From the NCBI GenBank assembly GCA_035691665.1, contig DASSIS010000089.1:3145-67144 (forward strand): a stretch of DNA of 64,000 nt, read 5' to 3'. The position numbers were made by a program, and so were the translations under genes. The notes beneath the pieces are model-generated. The model had not been told where the DNA came from. It ran no database searches and saw only the letters and a list, made by a program, of their open reading frames with translations. Shown here piece after piece: positions 33,777-43,037 of the stretch; positions within the stretch are counted from its first letter, which is position 1, and the number at the start of each line of letters is the position of its first letter. Origin of the DNA: Gammaproteobacteria bacterium. Lineage in GTDB: Bacteria; Pseudomonadota; Gammaproteobacteria; Natronospirales; REEB76.

Positions 33777-34034
33777 GGGACGCTCCTAGTGGACAGGCCG
33801 GAGGGGCAGCATACCTGATGGATTCGAACTCCCTTATTTAGTTCGATGAGCGCGGCTAAAAACGAGGGATTTCGCTCTCTGGCTAGGCGCGGACGGCCGA
33901 GAACCGGAGCGTACTCTTAAGGTACGTGAGGATTTCAAAGCCGGTCCAACACCGCCAGAGAGCAAAAGACCCGTTTTTAGCAGGGCGATGCTAAGATGCA
34001 AATTATTGATTTTATTGGGGAGTAGCAGGGGACG

Positions 34035-36017
34035 ATGGAATACGCCACCCTCCGTTCCATCCTCATCCTGCTCGCCGTGGCGGTGTTCGTGGTGGCGGCG
34101 CTGCGCCGCCTGCACCTGCCCACGGTGCTCGCCTACCTCGCCACCGGCTTCCTGGTGGGTCCCCACGGCTTGGGCTTCATCCAGGAGAACGTCGGCACGA
34201 GCTCGCTCGCCGAGTTCGGCGTGGTGTTCCTGCTCTTCACCCTGGGGCTCGAGTTCTCCCTGCCGCGGCTCATCGTCATGCGCCGGGCGGTGTTCCTCCT
34301 GGGCGGCCTGCAGGTGCTGCTCACCACCCTGGGTTCGGCGCTGATGGCCCGCACCATGGGCGTGAGCCTGCCGGTGGCCCTGGTGCTGGGCGGCGCCTTC
34401 GCCATGTCCTCCACCGCCATCGCCGCCAAGCAGCTCACAGAGCAGGCGGAGATGAACCTGCACCACGGCCGCATGGCGCTGGCGGTGCTGCTGTTCCAGG
34501 ACCTGGCCGTCATCCCCTTCCTGATCCTGATCCCGGCCCTCAACCACGGCCTCGACACGGCGCTGGCCGGCGACCTGCTCCGGGCCTTCGGCAAGGGCCT
34601 CTTGGCGGTGGTGGTAATCCTGGCGGCGGGCCGCTGGCTGCTACGGCCCCTGCTGCACCAGATCGCCACCGCCCGCTCCGCGGAACTCTTCACGCTCACC
34701 ACCCTGCTCGTGACCATGGCCTCCGCCTTCGGCACCGCGGTCTTGGGCCTCTCGCCCGCCCTGGGCGGCTTCCTCGCCGGCATGATGCTGGCCGAGACCG
34801 AGTACCGGCACCAGGTGGAGGCGGACATCCGCCCCTTCCGCGACGTGCTGCTCGGCCTCTTCTTCATCACAGTGGGCATGCTGCTCAACCCGGCGGTGGT
34901 GGCGCGTCATTGGATGCTGCTCATCGTCGCGGTGACGGGCCTCATCATCTTCAAGACCGCGCTCATCGCCTTCCTCACGCGCCAGCTGGGTTCCGACAAC
35001 AACGCCGCGCTGCGCACCGGCCTGGTGCTGGCCCAGGGCGGCGAGTTCGGTTTCGCCTTGCTCTCGCTAGGTCTGGCCCAGCACGTGATCCGCGCGCCGC
35101 TCGCCGAGTTCGGTCTCGCCGTGATCGTGGTGAGCATGCTCGCGGGCCCGCTCCTCATCCGCTACAACCGCCGGCTCGCCGCGCACCTCTTCCCCGAAAG
35201 CGAGGCGGAGGAGCACGACCTCCTGCAGCACGACATCGGCCGTCACCAGCTGCACCTCGAGGACCACGTGGTGATCATCGGCTACGGTCGCGTCGGGCAG
35301 AACGTGGCGCGCTTCCTGGAGCCGGAAGGCTTCGAGTTCGTGGCGCTCGACCTCGATCCGGTGCGCGTGCGCCACGCCCGCGAGGCCGGCGACCCTGTCT
35401 ATTACGGCGACGGCACCAACCGCGACGTGCTGCGCGCGGCCGGCGTCGAACGCGCCCGGGTGTTGGTGATCAGCTACTTCAAGGTCTCCACCGCCCTCAA
35501 GATCATCGAACACGTGAAGAAGCTGCGCCCCGACATCCCCATCCTGGTGCGCACCCGCGACGACTCGGAGCTGGACAAGCTGCAGGAAGCCGGCGCCACC
35601 GAGATCATCCCCGAGACCCTGGAATCCAGCCTGATGCTGGCCTCCCACCTCCTGCACGTGCTGCACGTACCCATGACCCAGATCCTGCGCAAGATCCAGG
35701 AAGTGCGCTCCCACCGTTACAGCCTGCTGCGCAGCGTGTTCCGCGGCCAGGATGCCTTGCCCCTGGACGAGTCCCACGCCTTCCGCGAGCAGCTGCATAC
35801 CCTCACCCTGAGCAAGGGCGCCCACGCCGTGAACCGCTCCCTGGCCGAGATCGACCTGCGCGCGTTCGGCGTGGTGGTCACCGCGCTGCGCCGCGAGGGC
35901 GTGGTGGGCCGCCAGCCGCCCGCGGTGACGGTGCTGAAGGAGGGGGACGTGATGGTGCTCTGGGGCACGCCCGAGAAACTGCAGGACGCGGAAGAACGTC
36001 TGCTGAGGGGCAGATGA
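34035..36017 (+). CDS. CPA2 monovalent cation/proton antiporter with TrkA-N/TrkA-C domains (KefB/YbaL-like)
   Basis: 660 aa with an N-terminal Na_H-exchanger-type membrane domain, the Rossmann motif VIIGYGRVGQNVA and a C-terminal TrkA-C-like region. Confidence 0.85.
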   Translation: MEYATLRSILILLAVAVFVVAALRRLHLPTVLAYLATGFLVGPHGLGFIQENVGTSSLAEFGVVFLLFTLGLEFSLPRLIVMRRAVFLLGGLQVLLTTLGSALMARTMGVSLPVALVLGGAFAMSSTAIAAKQLTEQAEMNLHHGRMALAVLLFQDLAVIPFLILIPALNHGLDTALAGDLLRAFGKGLLAVVVILAAGRWLLRPLLHQIATARSAELFTLTTLLVTMASAFGTAVLGLSPALGGFLAGMMLAETEYRHQVEADIRPFRDVLLGLFFITVGMLLNPAVVARHWMLLIVAVTGLIIFKTALIAFLTRQLGSDNNAALRTGLVLAQGGEFGFALLSLGLAQHVIRAPLAEFGLAVIVVSMLAGPLLIRYNRRLAAHLFPESEAEEHDLLQHDIGRHQLHLEDHVVIIGYGRVGQNVARFLEPEGFEFVALDLDPVRVRHAREAGDPVYYGDGTNRDVLRAAGVERARVLVISYFKVSTALKIIEHVKKLRPDIPILVRTRDDSELDKLQEAGATEIIPETLESSLMLASHLLHVLHVPMTQILRKIQEVRSHRYSLLRSVFRGQDALPLDESHAFREQLHTLTLSKGAHAVNRSLAEIDLRAFGVVVTALRREGVVGRQPPAVTVLKEGDVMVLWGTPEKLQDAEERLLRGR

Positions 36018-36054
36018 GATTTTCTACTCTGACTGGAATACGGATATCTGAACC

Positions 36055-37236
36055 ATGGTGAACATCGGCACGCCGCTCACGTCGAACGCCACCCGCCTCA
36101 TGCTCCTGGGCTCGGGGGAGCTCGGCAAGGAAGTGACCATCGAGGCCCAGCGCTTCGGCGTCGAGGTGATCGCGGTCGACCGCTACGCGAACGCCCCGGC
36201 CATGCAGGTGGCGCACAGGAGCCACGTGATCAACATGCTGGACGGCGCCGAGATCCGCCGCCTTGTGGAGCGGGAGAAGCCCCACTACATCGTGCCGGAG
36301 ATCGAGGCCATCGCCACGCCGACCCTGCTCGAGCTCGAGCAGGAGGGCTGGACCGTGATCCCCACGGCCCGTACCGCGCGCCTCACCATGGACCGGGAAG
36401 GTATCCGCCGCCTCGCCTCCGAAGAGCTCAAGGTGAGGACCTCCCGCTACCTCTTCGCCGACGACTACGCAGCCTTCCAGGCCGCCATCCATGACATCGG
36501 CATCCCCTGCGTGGTGAAGCCGGTGATGAGCTCCTCCGGCAAGGGCCAAAGCCTCATCCGCAAAGACTCCGAGATCGAAGCCGCTTGGCGTTACGGCCAG
36601 GAGGGCGGCCGCACCGGCAAGGGGCGGATGATCGTGGAAGGCTTCATCGACTTCGACTACGAGATCACCCTGCTCACGGTGCGCCACGCCGGCGGCACGA
36701 GCTTCTGCGCCCCCATCGGCCACCGCCAGGAGGACGGCGACTACCGGGAATCCTGGCAGCCCCAGCCCATGAGCCCGAAGGCGCTGGCCGAAGCCGAGCG
36801 CATCGCCAGGCTCGTCTCCGACGACCTGGGCGGGCGCGGCATCTTCGGCATGGAGTTCTTCGTGAAGGGCGACACCGTCTGGTTCAGCGAGGTCTCGCCC
36901 CGACCCCACGACACGGGTCTCGTCACCCTCATCTCCCAGGACCTGTCGGAGTTCGCGCTGCACGTGCGCGCCATACTCGGCCTGCCCATCCCGGTGATCC
37001 GCCAGCTCGGGCCCTCTGCGTCGGCGGTGATCCTGCCCCACGGCGACTCCCAGGGACCGCTGTTCATGGACGTGGGAGGGGCGCTCATGGAGCCGGATAC
37101 CCTGTTGCGCCTGTTCGGCAAACCGGAGATCCACGGTCACCGTCGCATGGGTGTGACCCTGGCGCGTGCCGGGTCCATCGAAGCCGCGCGAGAAAAAGCC
37201 GTGCGTGCCGCGTCGGCAGTCAGAGTAAAACTTTGA
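36055..37236 (+). CDS. purT: Formate-dependent phosphoribosylglycinamide formyltransferase
   Basis: [52 protein letters not shown] is collinear with E. coli PurT. ATP-grasp fold. Confidence 0.93.
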   Translation: MVNIGTPLTSNATRLMLLGSGELGKEVTIEAQRFGVEVIAVDRYANAPAMQVAHRSHVINMLDGAEIRRLVEREKPHYIVPEIEAIATPTLLELEQEGWTVIPTARTARLTMDREGIRRLASEELKVRTSRYLFADDYAAFQAAIHDIGIPCVVKPVMSSSGKGQSLIRKDSEIEAAWRYGQEGGRTGKGRMIVEGFIDFDYEITLLTVRHAGGTSFCAPIGHRQEDGDYRESWQPQPMSPKALAEAERIARLVSDDLGGRGIFGMEFFVKGDTVWFSEVSPRPHDTGLVTLISQDLSEFALHVRAILGLPIPVIRQLGPSASAVILPHGDSQGPLFMDVGGALMEPDTLLRLFGKPEIHGHRRMGVTLARAGSIEAAREKAVRAASAVRVKL

Positions 37237-37286
37237 AGTTCAGTTAAAGTCTCACTGTTAATCACGAATCACCAGGGGCGACATCC

Positions 37287-38147
37287 ATGAACATCGAGCG
37301 GCGGTCAGGCAAGCTGTGGGCGGTACTGCAGTTCCCCCTCACCCGCATGGCGATCGGGTTCCTGGCTATCGTCCTGTTCGCCTTCTCGATACTGGCGGGG
37401 GCCAGCGCCCTGCACCTGCACGGCCTCGCGTACGCGACCATGCACCTGCTGTCGGGACTGGTGGCCTGGGGGGTCTACCTGGTCTACGTGCGCGTCCTCG
37501 AGCACCGTACGGCAGCGGAACTCGAGCTGCCCCACTCCATGCCACGCTTCGCCAAGGGCTTCGGCATCGGCCTGGTGCTGTATTGCGTCACCATCGGCAT
37601 CCTCTGGCTCAGCGGCACCTACCAGGTGGCGTGGCTCAACCCGAACCAGGCAGTGCTCGCGGTGTTCATCAACGCCCTGGGGGCGGCCCTGCTGGAAGAG
37701 ATCGCCATACGCGGCGTGGTGTTCCGCATCATGGAAGGCAGTCTCGGTACCTGGCTCGCGCTTGCCATCTCGGCGCTGTTCTTCGGCCTGCTGCACGCCA
37801 TCAACCCCGGCGCCAACTGGCAGAGCGTGCTGGGGATCGCGCTGCAGGGAGGCTTGATACTGGCCGCGGCCTACGTCTACACGCGCAACCTGTGGCTCGC
37901 CATCGGCCTGCATTGCGCCTGGAACTTCGCCAGCGGCGGGATCTTCGGGTCCGACCCCAAATCCCGTAGCCTGTTGGCCGCGCACCTGCAGGGGCCGGAG
38001 TGGCTCACCGGCGGCCCAGACGGCCTCGACGCCTCGGTGGTAGCGACGCTGATCTGTCTCGCCGCCACCGTCGGCTTCCTGCTGCTGGCGCGGCGCCACG
38101 GCCATATAATCACACCCTATTGGCGGAGAAACCGCAGCCCAGGGTGA
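37287..38147 (+). CDS. CPBP-family intramembrane metalloprotease (CAAX protease-like)
   Basis: Polytopic protein with the motifs EEIAIRG, FGLLH and HCAWN. Confidence 0.8.
   Translation: MNIERRSGKLWAVLQFPLTRMAIGFLAIVLFAFSILAGASALHLHGLAYATMHLLSGLVAWGVYLVYVRVLEHRTAAELELPHSMPRFAKGFGIGLVLYCVTIGILWLSGTYQVAWLNPNQAVLAVFINALGAALLEEIAIRGVVFRIMEGSLGTWLALAISALFFGLLHAINPGANWQSVLGIALQGGLILAAAYVYTRNLWLAIGLHCAWNFASGGIFGSDPKSRSLLAAHLQGPEWLTGGPDGLDASVVATLICLAATVGFLLLARRHGHIITPYWRRNRSPG
38105..38110 (+). promoter_or_regulatory. Possible -10 box (TATAAT) for yajQ inside the 3' end of the CPBP gene
   Basis: An exact TATAAT lies 41 nt upstream of the yajQ ATG and is encoded with rare codons (cat ata atc aca). 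I found no convincing -35. Confidence 0.3.
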
Positions 38148-38151
38148 GTCC

Positions 38152-38637
38152 ATGCCTTCCTTCGATGCCGTTTCCAAGGTGGATACCGCCGAGCTCACCA
38201 ACGCCGTCGATCAGGCGAACCGGGAGATCAGCCAGCGCTATGACTTCAAGGGTTCCTCGGCCAACATCGACCGGGTGGAGAACCTGCTGACCCTCTACGC
38301 CGACAGCGAGTTCCAGCTTAAGCAGGTGGCCGACATCCTCTACGCCAAGGCTGCCAAACGCGGCATCGACGTCTCGAGCTTCGACCCCCAGAAGGTCGAG
38401 GCCATCAGCGGCGACAAGGCGAAGCAGCAGGTGAAGGTGAAGCAAGGGATCGACAAGGAGCTGGCCAAGAAACTGGTCAAGCTCATCAAGGAGAGCGGCC
38501 TCAAGGTGCAGGCGGCCATCCAGGGCGAGGAAGTGCGGATCTCGGGCAAGAAGCGCGACGACCTGCAGAGCTGCATCGCGCTGCTGCGACAGTCCAAGCT
38601 GGAGCAGCCCCTGCAGTTCACCAATTTCAGGGATTGA
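38152..38637 (+). CDS. yajQ: YajQ-family nucleotide-binding protein (UPF0234)
   Basis: MPSFDAVSKVDTAELTNAVDQANREISQRYDFKG is collinear with E. coli YajQ. 161 aa. Confidence 0.92.
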   Translation: MPSFDAVSKVDTAELTNAVDQANREISQRYDFKGSSANIDRVENLLTLYADSEFQLKQVADILYAKAAKRGIDVSSFDPQKVEAISGDKAKQQVKVKQGIDKELAKKLVKLIKESGLKVQAAIQGEEVRISGKKRDDLQSCIALLRQSKLEQPLQFTNFRD

Positions 38638-38643
38638 GAACCG

Positions 38644-38733
38644 CTACTTCGGCAGGGTCGCGGTGAACGACGGCCGCCGCATCAGCTTCTCGTAATAGGC
38701 ATTCAGGTTGAGATGACGCCCTGCCAAGCTGAT
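38644..38733 (-). pseudogene. 3'-terminal relic of a glutathione S-transferase gene
   Basis: The minus-strand translation ...ISLAGRHLNLNAYYEKLMRRPSFTATLPK* matches the GST C-terminal pattern (P-x-L-x-x-Y-x-x-x-L-x-x-RP-S/A-F). Sequence upstream is not GST-like and no start codon is present. Confidence 0.45.
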
Positions 38734-38786
38734 CGCTCCGCAGGCGGCATGGCGGATTCTATGGCTCCCCGCTTGCGGGCGTGGGC

Positions 38787-39659
38787 TTAGTCTGCGGTAA
38801 AAGCGTCGTGATAGTCCTTGAAATCACCCAAGGGACCGATCCTCAAGTCCGCCTCACCGTAGGACACGCTTAGGTCCATGTTGTCCTTGCCCTTCTCCCG
38901 CTGCACCACGCTGTTGCCGATGAGATGGACGTGGCTCCAGAAACCCTGCTCTTCTCGCGGACCATAGTATTTCCCGTCCAGGCTCATGACCGCGAGGCCG
39001 TGGTCGGCCGTGACGTTCAGCACGCCGGGGCTGTTGCTGGTGGAGATCACGTGCAAGCGACCGTATCGCACACTCGCCTCCACCGACCCGCCGTCGTCCT
39101 CGAGCACCGTCTCGCCGGCGGTGAGCCTGGACTTCACGCCGTTCTGCATGCCTGTGATCTTGAGTTCGCCTGCGTACAGGTCGGCGTCCAGCGCCAGCCG
39201 TGCCGGCACGCGCACCTTCCAGCGCTCCTGGATGTCGCTGCGGAACTCACCTGAGGGATAGGTCAAGACCACCGTGAGGATGTCGCCGTCCCGCGCCTGC
39301 TGCAGCGTCGCGGACATCATGTCACGGGCGGTATCGTTGCTGAGCCAGTGGAACAGCCACAGCAGGCTGTGCTGCTGCTGCCGGAGTTCCAGGCTGACAT
39401 GCACCTGGTCGTCGTCGGAGGCTGAGATGTCCATCTCACCCGGGCCGCCCAATAATCTGAAGTGCGCGATCCCTATGGTGGCGAGCTTCGCATCGAGGGT
39501 CGGTAGACCGTCTTTCCCGACCGTCATGCTGCCGACCGGTGTCGCGCCCGTGAGCGCGGGTTGCGGCTGCGGCTCGCTCGCCGCGTACCAGGTGATGGCG
39601 GCGCCCAGCACCAGCACGACGGCCAGTGATACCAATATGACGCGGGTCTTGGTCTTCAT
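38787..39659 (-). CDS. Exported beta-helix protein (DUF4097/LiaG-like), paralogue 2
   Basis: 290 aa with an N-terminal TM/signal anchor. Shares DDQVHV...LWLFHW...RDGDILT...VPARLALDADL with the upstream gene. The C-terminal half has repetitive short beta-strand motifs. Confidence 0.6.
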   Translation of the reverse strand: MKTKTRVILVSLAVVLVLGAAITWYAASEPQPQPALTGATPVGSMTVGKDGLPTLDAKLATIGIAHFRLLGGPGEMDISASDDDQVHVSLELRQQQHSLLWLFHWLSNDTARDMMSATLQQARDGDILTVVLTYPSGEFRSDIQERWKVRVPARLALDADLYAGELKITGMQNGVKSRLTAGETVLEDDGGSVEASVRYGRLHVISTSNSPGVLNVTADHGLAVMSLDGKYYGPREEQGFWSHVHLIGNSVVQREKGKDNMDLSVSYGEADLRIGPLGDFKDYHDAFTAD

Positions 39660-40408
39660 TTGCCATCGCCTTTCTTGGCGTCGCTGGCCGCGCCGACGCG
39701 CAGCGTGGCCTCGCCCACGTTCACGCTGAGGTCCATGTCATCCGGGCCCTTGCCGTCCACCGAGACTTCGTTGCCCAGGCCCGAGTGTCCGTGGTAGCCG
39801 GGGTGCTCGCCGTTGATGGTGAGCATGGCGTCGCCGATGTTGCTCGCGACCCGCACCCGGCCATAACCGCTGCTGCTGCTCTTGGCGCGGATGTCGCCCA
39901 CGCTGACGTTGGCCTTGATGCGCCCCTGGGGCACGTCGATGTCCAGTTCGCCCACGTTCAGGACGGCGTCCACGCCGCCCGCGACCCCGGAGATGACGAG
40001 ATCGCCGACCTTCATGTCCGCATCCAGCGCCAGGCGTGCCGGCAGTTCCAGCTTCCACTCCTGTTTCACGCTGTCGTTCCGGTCATCGTGGTCTAGCCCC
40101 AGGGAGAGGATATCGCCGTCGCGCCGCTGGTAGATGGCGGCATCGGCGATGTCCTTGGCGGTGCCGGAGCTCGACCAATGGAAGAACCAGAGGTATTCCT
40201 CGTCCTTCTGGTGCAGCTTGATCTCCACGTGCACTTGGTCGTCCGGGGACGGGCTCACGTGCACCTCGCCCACGCCGACTCTCAGGTCCAATTCCTTGAG
40301 GCCGGCAGCCGGGATGTCGGCGCTCAGGGTGCGCGCCACGGGCCCCGTGTCCGCCAGGGCCAAGGCCGGCGCAGTGGAGAGCAGCAGGGCAGCGAAGATC
40401 TTCTTCAT
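39656..40408 (-). CDS. Exported beta-helix protein (DUF4097/LiaG-like), paralogue 1
   Basis: 250 aa with signal peptide MKKIFAALLLSTAPALALA. Repeated VG-x-L/I-x-I/V units (VGDLVISGVAGGVDAVLNVGELDIDV...VSVGDIRA). Overlaps paralogue 2 by 4 nt. Confidence 0.6.
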   Translation of the reverse strand: MKKIFAALLLSTAPALALADTGPVARTLSADIPAAGLKELDLRVGVGEVHVSPSPDDQVHVEIKLHQKDEEYLWFFHWSSSGTAKDIADAAIYQRRDGDILSLGLDHDDRNDSVKQEWKLELPARLALDADMKVGDLVISGVAGGVDAVLNVGELDIDVPQGRIKANVSVGDIRAKSSSSGYGRVRVASNIGDAMLTINGEHPGYHGHSGLGNEVSVDGKGPDDMDLSVNVGEATLRVGAASDAKKGDGK

Positions 40409-40430
40409 CAGAGGCGCTCCCGGCAGCGGA

Positions 40431-40757
40431 TCACTTGATCACGGTGACGTGGCAGCGGACGCTCTTCACGTCCGGCGTCTCGAGGGCGATCTCCACCGCC
40501 TTCGCCAGCACCTCAGGCTTGGCGGTGACGCCGTCCAGGTAGACCCGGCCGTGCTCGCTCGTGACGGTGAACTCCGCCGCCTGGGTGACGGGATCGCCGT
40601 CCAGGCGCGCACGCACGGCGCGCGCGAGGCTGCTGTCGCCGTCGCTCTGGCTGTCGTGCCAGGACGCCCCGTTCTCGCTGCCGTCGAAGGCCAGCACGCA
40701 GCCCGAGAGGTTCAGCATCGCGGCTGAGAGGAACAGGGCGGTCAGGATGCGGTGCAT
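40431..40757 (-). CDS. BON-domain lipoprotein
   Basis: Lipobox LNLSGC, then the BON-like VRARLDGDPVTQAAEFTVTSEHGRVYLDGVTAKPEVLAKAVEIALETPDVKSV. Confidence 0.7.
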   Translation of the reverse strand: MHRILTALFLSAAMLNLSGCVLAFDGSENGASWHDSQSDGDSSLARAVRARLDGDPVTQAAEFTVTSEHGRVYLDGVTAKPEVLAKAVEIALETPDVKSVRCHVTVIK

Positions 40758-40796
40758 GGCTTCGTCACTCCACTCATGGTTTTCGTTATATGAGGC

Positions 40797-41759
40797 TTAG
40801 ATCTCGGACCGGTTGCGACGCAGCCAGATGGCGCCGTAGATGAATGCCGCCGCCAGGACCGTGCCGATCCAGAGTTCGGGGCTGGCGAGGAGCCGCCCGA
40901 GGCTGTCGAGGCCCACCAGATTTCCGCCGGTGAACACCATGTCGCCGTGCTTGTTGAAGGCCGTGTCCGGATCGAAGTTGAAGGCCAGCGGCAGCCAACT
41001 CAAGCTGTGACGGAACACCAGGCGCGCGATGTGGGCGGAGTGGAAGACCCAGCCTTCCGCGCCCATGAGGCCCAGCGGCACCAGTACCGCCCACAGGAAC
41101 GGGGTCTTCTTGGCCCAGGCCGAGGCCAGCATCACCCAGCCCATGTAAGGCAGGAACCAGATGGCCTGCACCACGAGGCCGTAGGCGAGATACAGCCAGC
41201 TGCCGATGATGGTGCCCGGGTAGGTCAATATCGACCAGGGGTGCACACCCAGTACCGAGCCCATGATCAGCATGAACACCAGCAGGATCAGCTCGAGCAC
41301 GATCGCGGCCGCCAAGGTGATGCCGGTGAAGGTCAGCATCGCGGTGGCGAGCTTGGAGAGCACGGTGCGGGTGTCCGACAGCGGCATGGAGCGCCAGAAC
41401 AGGATGCTGCGGTCGCGGCGATCCGCGTACAGGCTGTCCAGCAGGTAGAAGAACAGCACGATCTTCATGATGAAGCTGAACATCGCTCCCAAGGCGAGAG
41501 TGACGATGCGCACGAAACCGACCACCTGCTCCGGTGCCGCGTTGCTGAAGTCCGGCAGCTGGTCGATGCGGAAATGCATGCCGTTCGCATCCACGGTGTT
41601 CACGGTCTCGGAGTGGCCCACCAGCACCGCGATGAGCATGTAGAGGCTCAACACCGTGAGGATGCCGATGACCACGGTCGGCACCATCCACAGGGAACGG
41701 TTCTCCCAGAACTCGCGCCGGATGAGGGTCTTGTTCATGCGTGAGACCAGGGCGTTCAT
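40797..41759 (-). CDS. ABC-2-type transporter permease
   Basis: 320 aa with about six TM helices. Overlaps the ATPase stop by 4 nt. Confidence 0.7.
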   Translation of the reverse strand: MNALVSRMNKTLIRREFWENRSLWMVPTVVIGILTVLSLYMLIAVLVGHSETVNTVDANGMHFRIDQLPDFSNAAPEQVVGFVRIVTLALGAMFSFIMKIVLFFYLLDSLYADRRDRSILFWRSMPLSDTRTVLSKLATAMLTFTGITLAAAIVLELILLVFMLIMGSVLGVHPWSILTYPGTIIGSWLYLAYGLVVQAIWFLPYMGWVMLASAWAKKTPFLWAVLVPLGLMGAEGWVFHSAHIARLVFRHSLSWLPLAFNFDPDTAFNKHGDMVFTGGNLVGLDSLGRLLASPELWIGTVLAAAFIYGAIWLRRNRSEI

Positions 41760-42613
41760 TGCATCCCTCCTTTGGCCTTGGCGACGAAGATGTCGGCCAC
41801 GCTGGGGGTATGGATCTCGCCCAGTTCCGCCAACTGCTCCTTCGCTACCCCCTCGAACAGGAAGAGCTTCTTGCCGAACACGTCACGTTCGTGCAGCGGC
41901 TTCAGTGCCTGCGCGGCGGCCGCTTTGTCGGGGTTCACCAGCACTTCGGTGTAGTCCTGCGCCACCTGCTCCATGGAACTGTTGAGGGTGATGGCGCCGT
42001 TGTCGATGAACATCAGATGGGTGAGGAGCTTCTCGATCTCCTCCACCTGGTGGGTGGTCACGAGGATGGTGCGCTGCTCGTCGAAATAGTCGTTCAGCAG
42101 GTTGGTGTAGAACTCCTTGCGGTACAGGATGTCGAGGCCCAGCGTGGGCTCGTCCAGCACCAGGAGCTTGGCGTCGATGGCCATGACCAGCGCCAGGTGC
42201 AGCTGGGTGACCATGCCCTTGGAGAGTTCCCCGACCTTGCTCTTCTGCCGGATCTTGGTGCGCTCCAGGAAATGCATGGCGCGCTCGCGGCTGAAGCGCG
42301 GGTGCACCGACTCGGCGAATTCGATGGCATTGGCGACGCGCAGCCAGCGCGGCAGCACCGCCACGTCGGCGATGAAGCACACGTCGCGCATCAGGTGATG
42401 CCGACCCAGGCGCGGGTCGTGGCCGAGCACGTCCAGTTCGCCCTCGAAGTCCGTGAGGCCCAGCACCGCCTTGAGAGCGGTGGTCTTGCCGGCGCCGTTC
42501 GGTCCGATCAGGCCGACGATGCAACCTTCCTCGATGTCGAAGTCGACCTTGTTGAGGGCGGCGAGAGTGCCGTAATGCTTGCTCAGGCCCCGTGCTTTGA
42601 CGAGCGTGTTCAT
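41756..42613 (-). CDS. ABC transporter ATP-binding protein
   Basis: Walker A GPNGAGKTT, signature LSKGM and Walker B LLVLDEPT. The start MNTLVKARGLSKHYG at 42613 overlaps the GntR stop (ATGA). The track ORF is over-extended. Confidence 0.9.
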   Translation of the reverse strand: MNTLVKARGLSKHYGTLAALNKVDFDIEEGCIVGLIGPNGAGKTTALKAVLGLTDFEGELDVLGHDPRLGRHHLMRDVCFIADVAVLPRWLRVANAIEFAESVHPRFSRERAMHFLERTKIRQKSKVGELSKGMVTQLHLALVMAIDAKLLVLDEPTLGLDILYRKEFYTNLLNDYFDEQRTILVTTHQVEEIEKLLTHLMFIDNGAITLNSSMEQVAQDYTEVLVNPDKAAAAQALKPLHERDVFGKKLFLFEGVAKEQLAELGEIHTPSVADIFVAKAKGGMQ

Positions 42614-42990
42614 GCTTTCTTCCCCTTTCCGTCCGTCTCCAGCTTCATCAGTTCCATCATGTCGAGGCCGAGGCGCTGGATGCGCTGCACGATCTGCGGC
42701 CACTCGTTCTTCAGGAACTGCTCCCGTTCGTTCTTCATCAGGTTGCGGCGCGCGCCTTCTTTCACGAACATACCGAGCCCCCTGCGTTTCTCCACCAAGC
42801 CCTCGTCCACCAGCGACTGGTAGCCCTTGAGCACCGTCAGCGGGTTGATCTGGTATTCGGCGGCCACCGAGCGCACCGAAGGCAGGGGGTCACCCTCCTT
42901 CAGGGCGTCCTCCAGGATCATCGCGACGACCCGATCCCGGAGTTGCCGGTAGATGGGTTGGTTGTCGCTCCAGTTGGGTTCCATGACCAT
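42610..42990 (-). CDS. GntR-family transcriptional regulator, short YtrA-type
   Basis: 126 aa with the winged HTH IYRQLRDRVVAMILEDALKEGDPLPSVRSVAAEYQINPLTVLKGYQSLVDEGLVEKRRGLGMFV. The helical C-terminus is very short. Confidence 0.85.
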   Translation of the reverse strand: MVMEPNWSDNQPIYRQLRDRVVAMILEDALKEGDPLPSVRSVAAEYQINPLTVLKGYQSLVDEGLVEKRRGLGMFVKEGARRNLMKNEREQFLKNEWPQIVQRIQRLGLDMMELMKLETDGKGKKA

Positions 42991-43037
42991 GGCCTCGCTG
43001 CTTTAGCGGAGTAGTCCGGTACAGTACCGGGCTTACC

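Noticed and set aside
33818-33860. GGAGTTCGAATCC on the minus strand looks like a tRNA T-arm/T-loop, possibly a tRNA gene or an att-site remnant.
   Set aside because: The flanking bases do not form a T-stem (GGGAG versus CCATC). No acceptor stem or CCA context is present, and no integrase is nearby. It is most likely chance similarity.
33777-34034. The spacer at the strand-switch point could be oriC itself.
   Set aside because: It is only 258 bp. I find no cluster of TTATCCACA-like boxes (the best match is about 6 of 9) and no obvious repeated AT-rich 13-mers. I kept the strand-switch observation as a finding but not an oriC call.
40062-40070. TGTTTCACG half of a parS site (TGTTTCACGTGAAACA). 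I also looked for parS near parAB.
   Set aside because: Only one half-site is present, inside a coding region 32 kb from parB. I found no full 16-bp parS anywhere in the window by eye, though a proper scan should be done.
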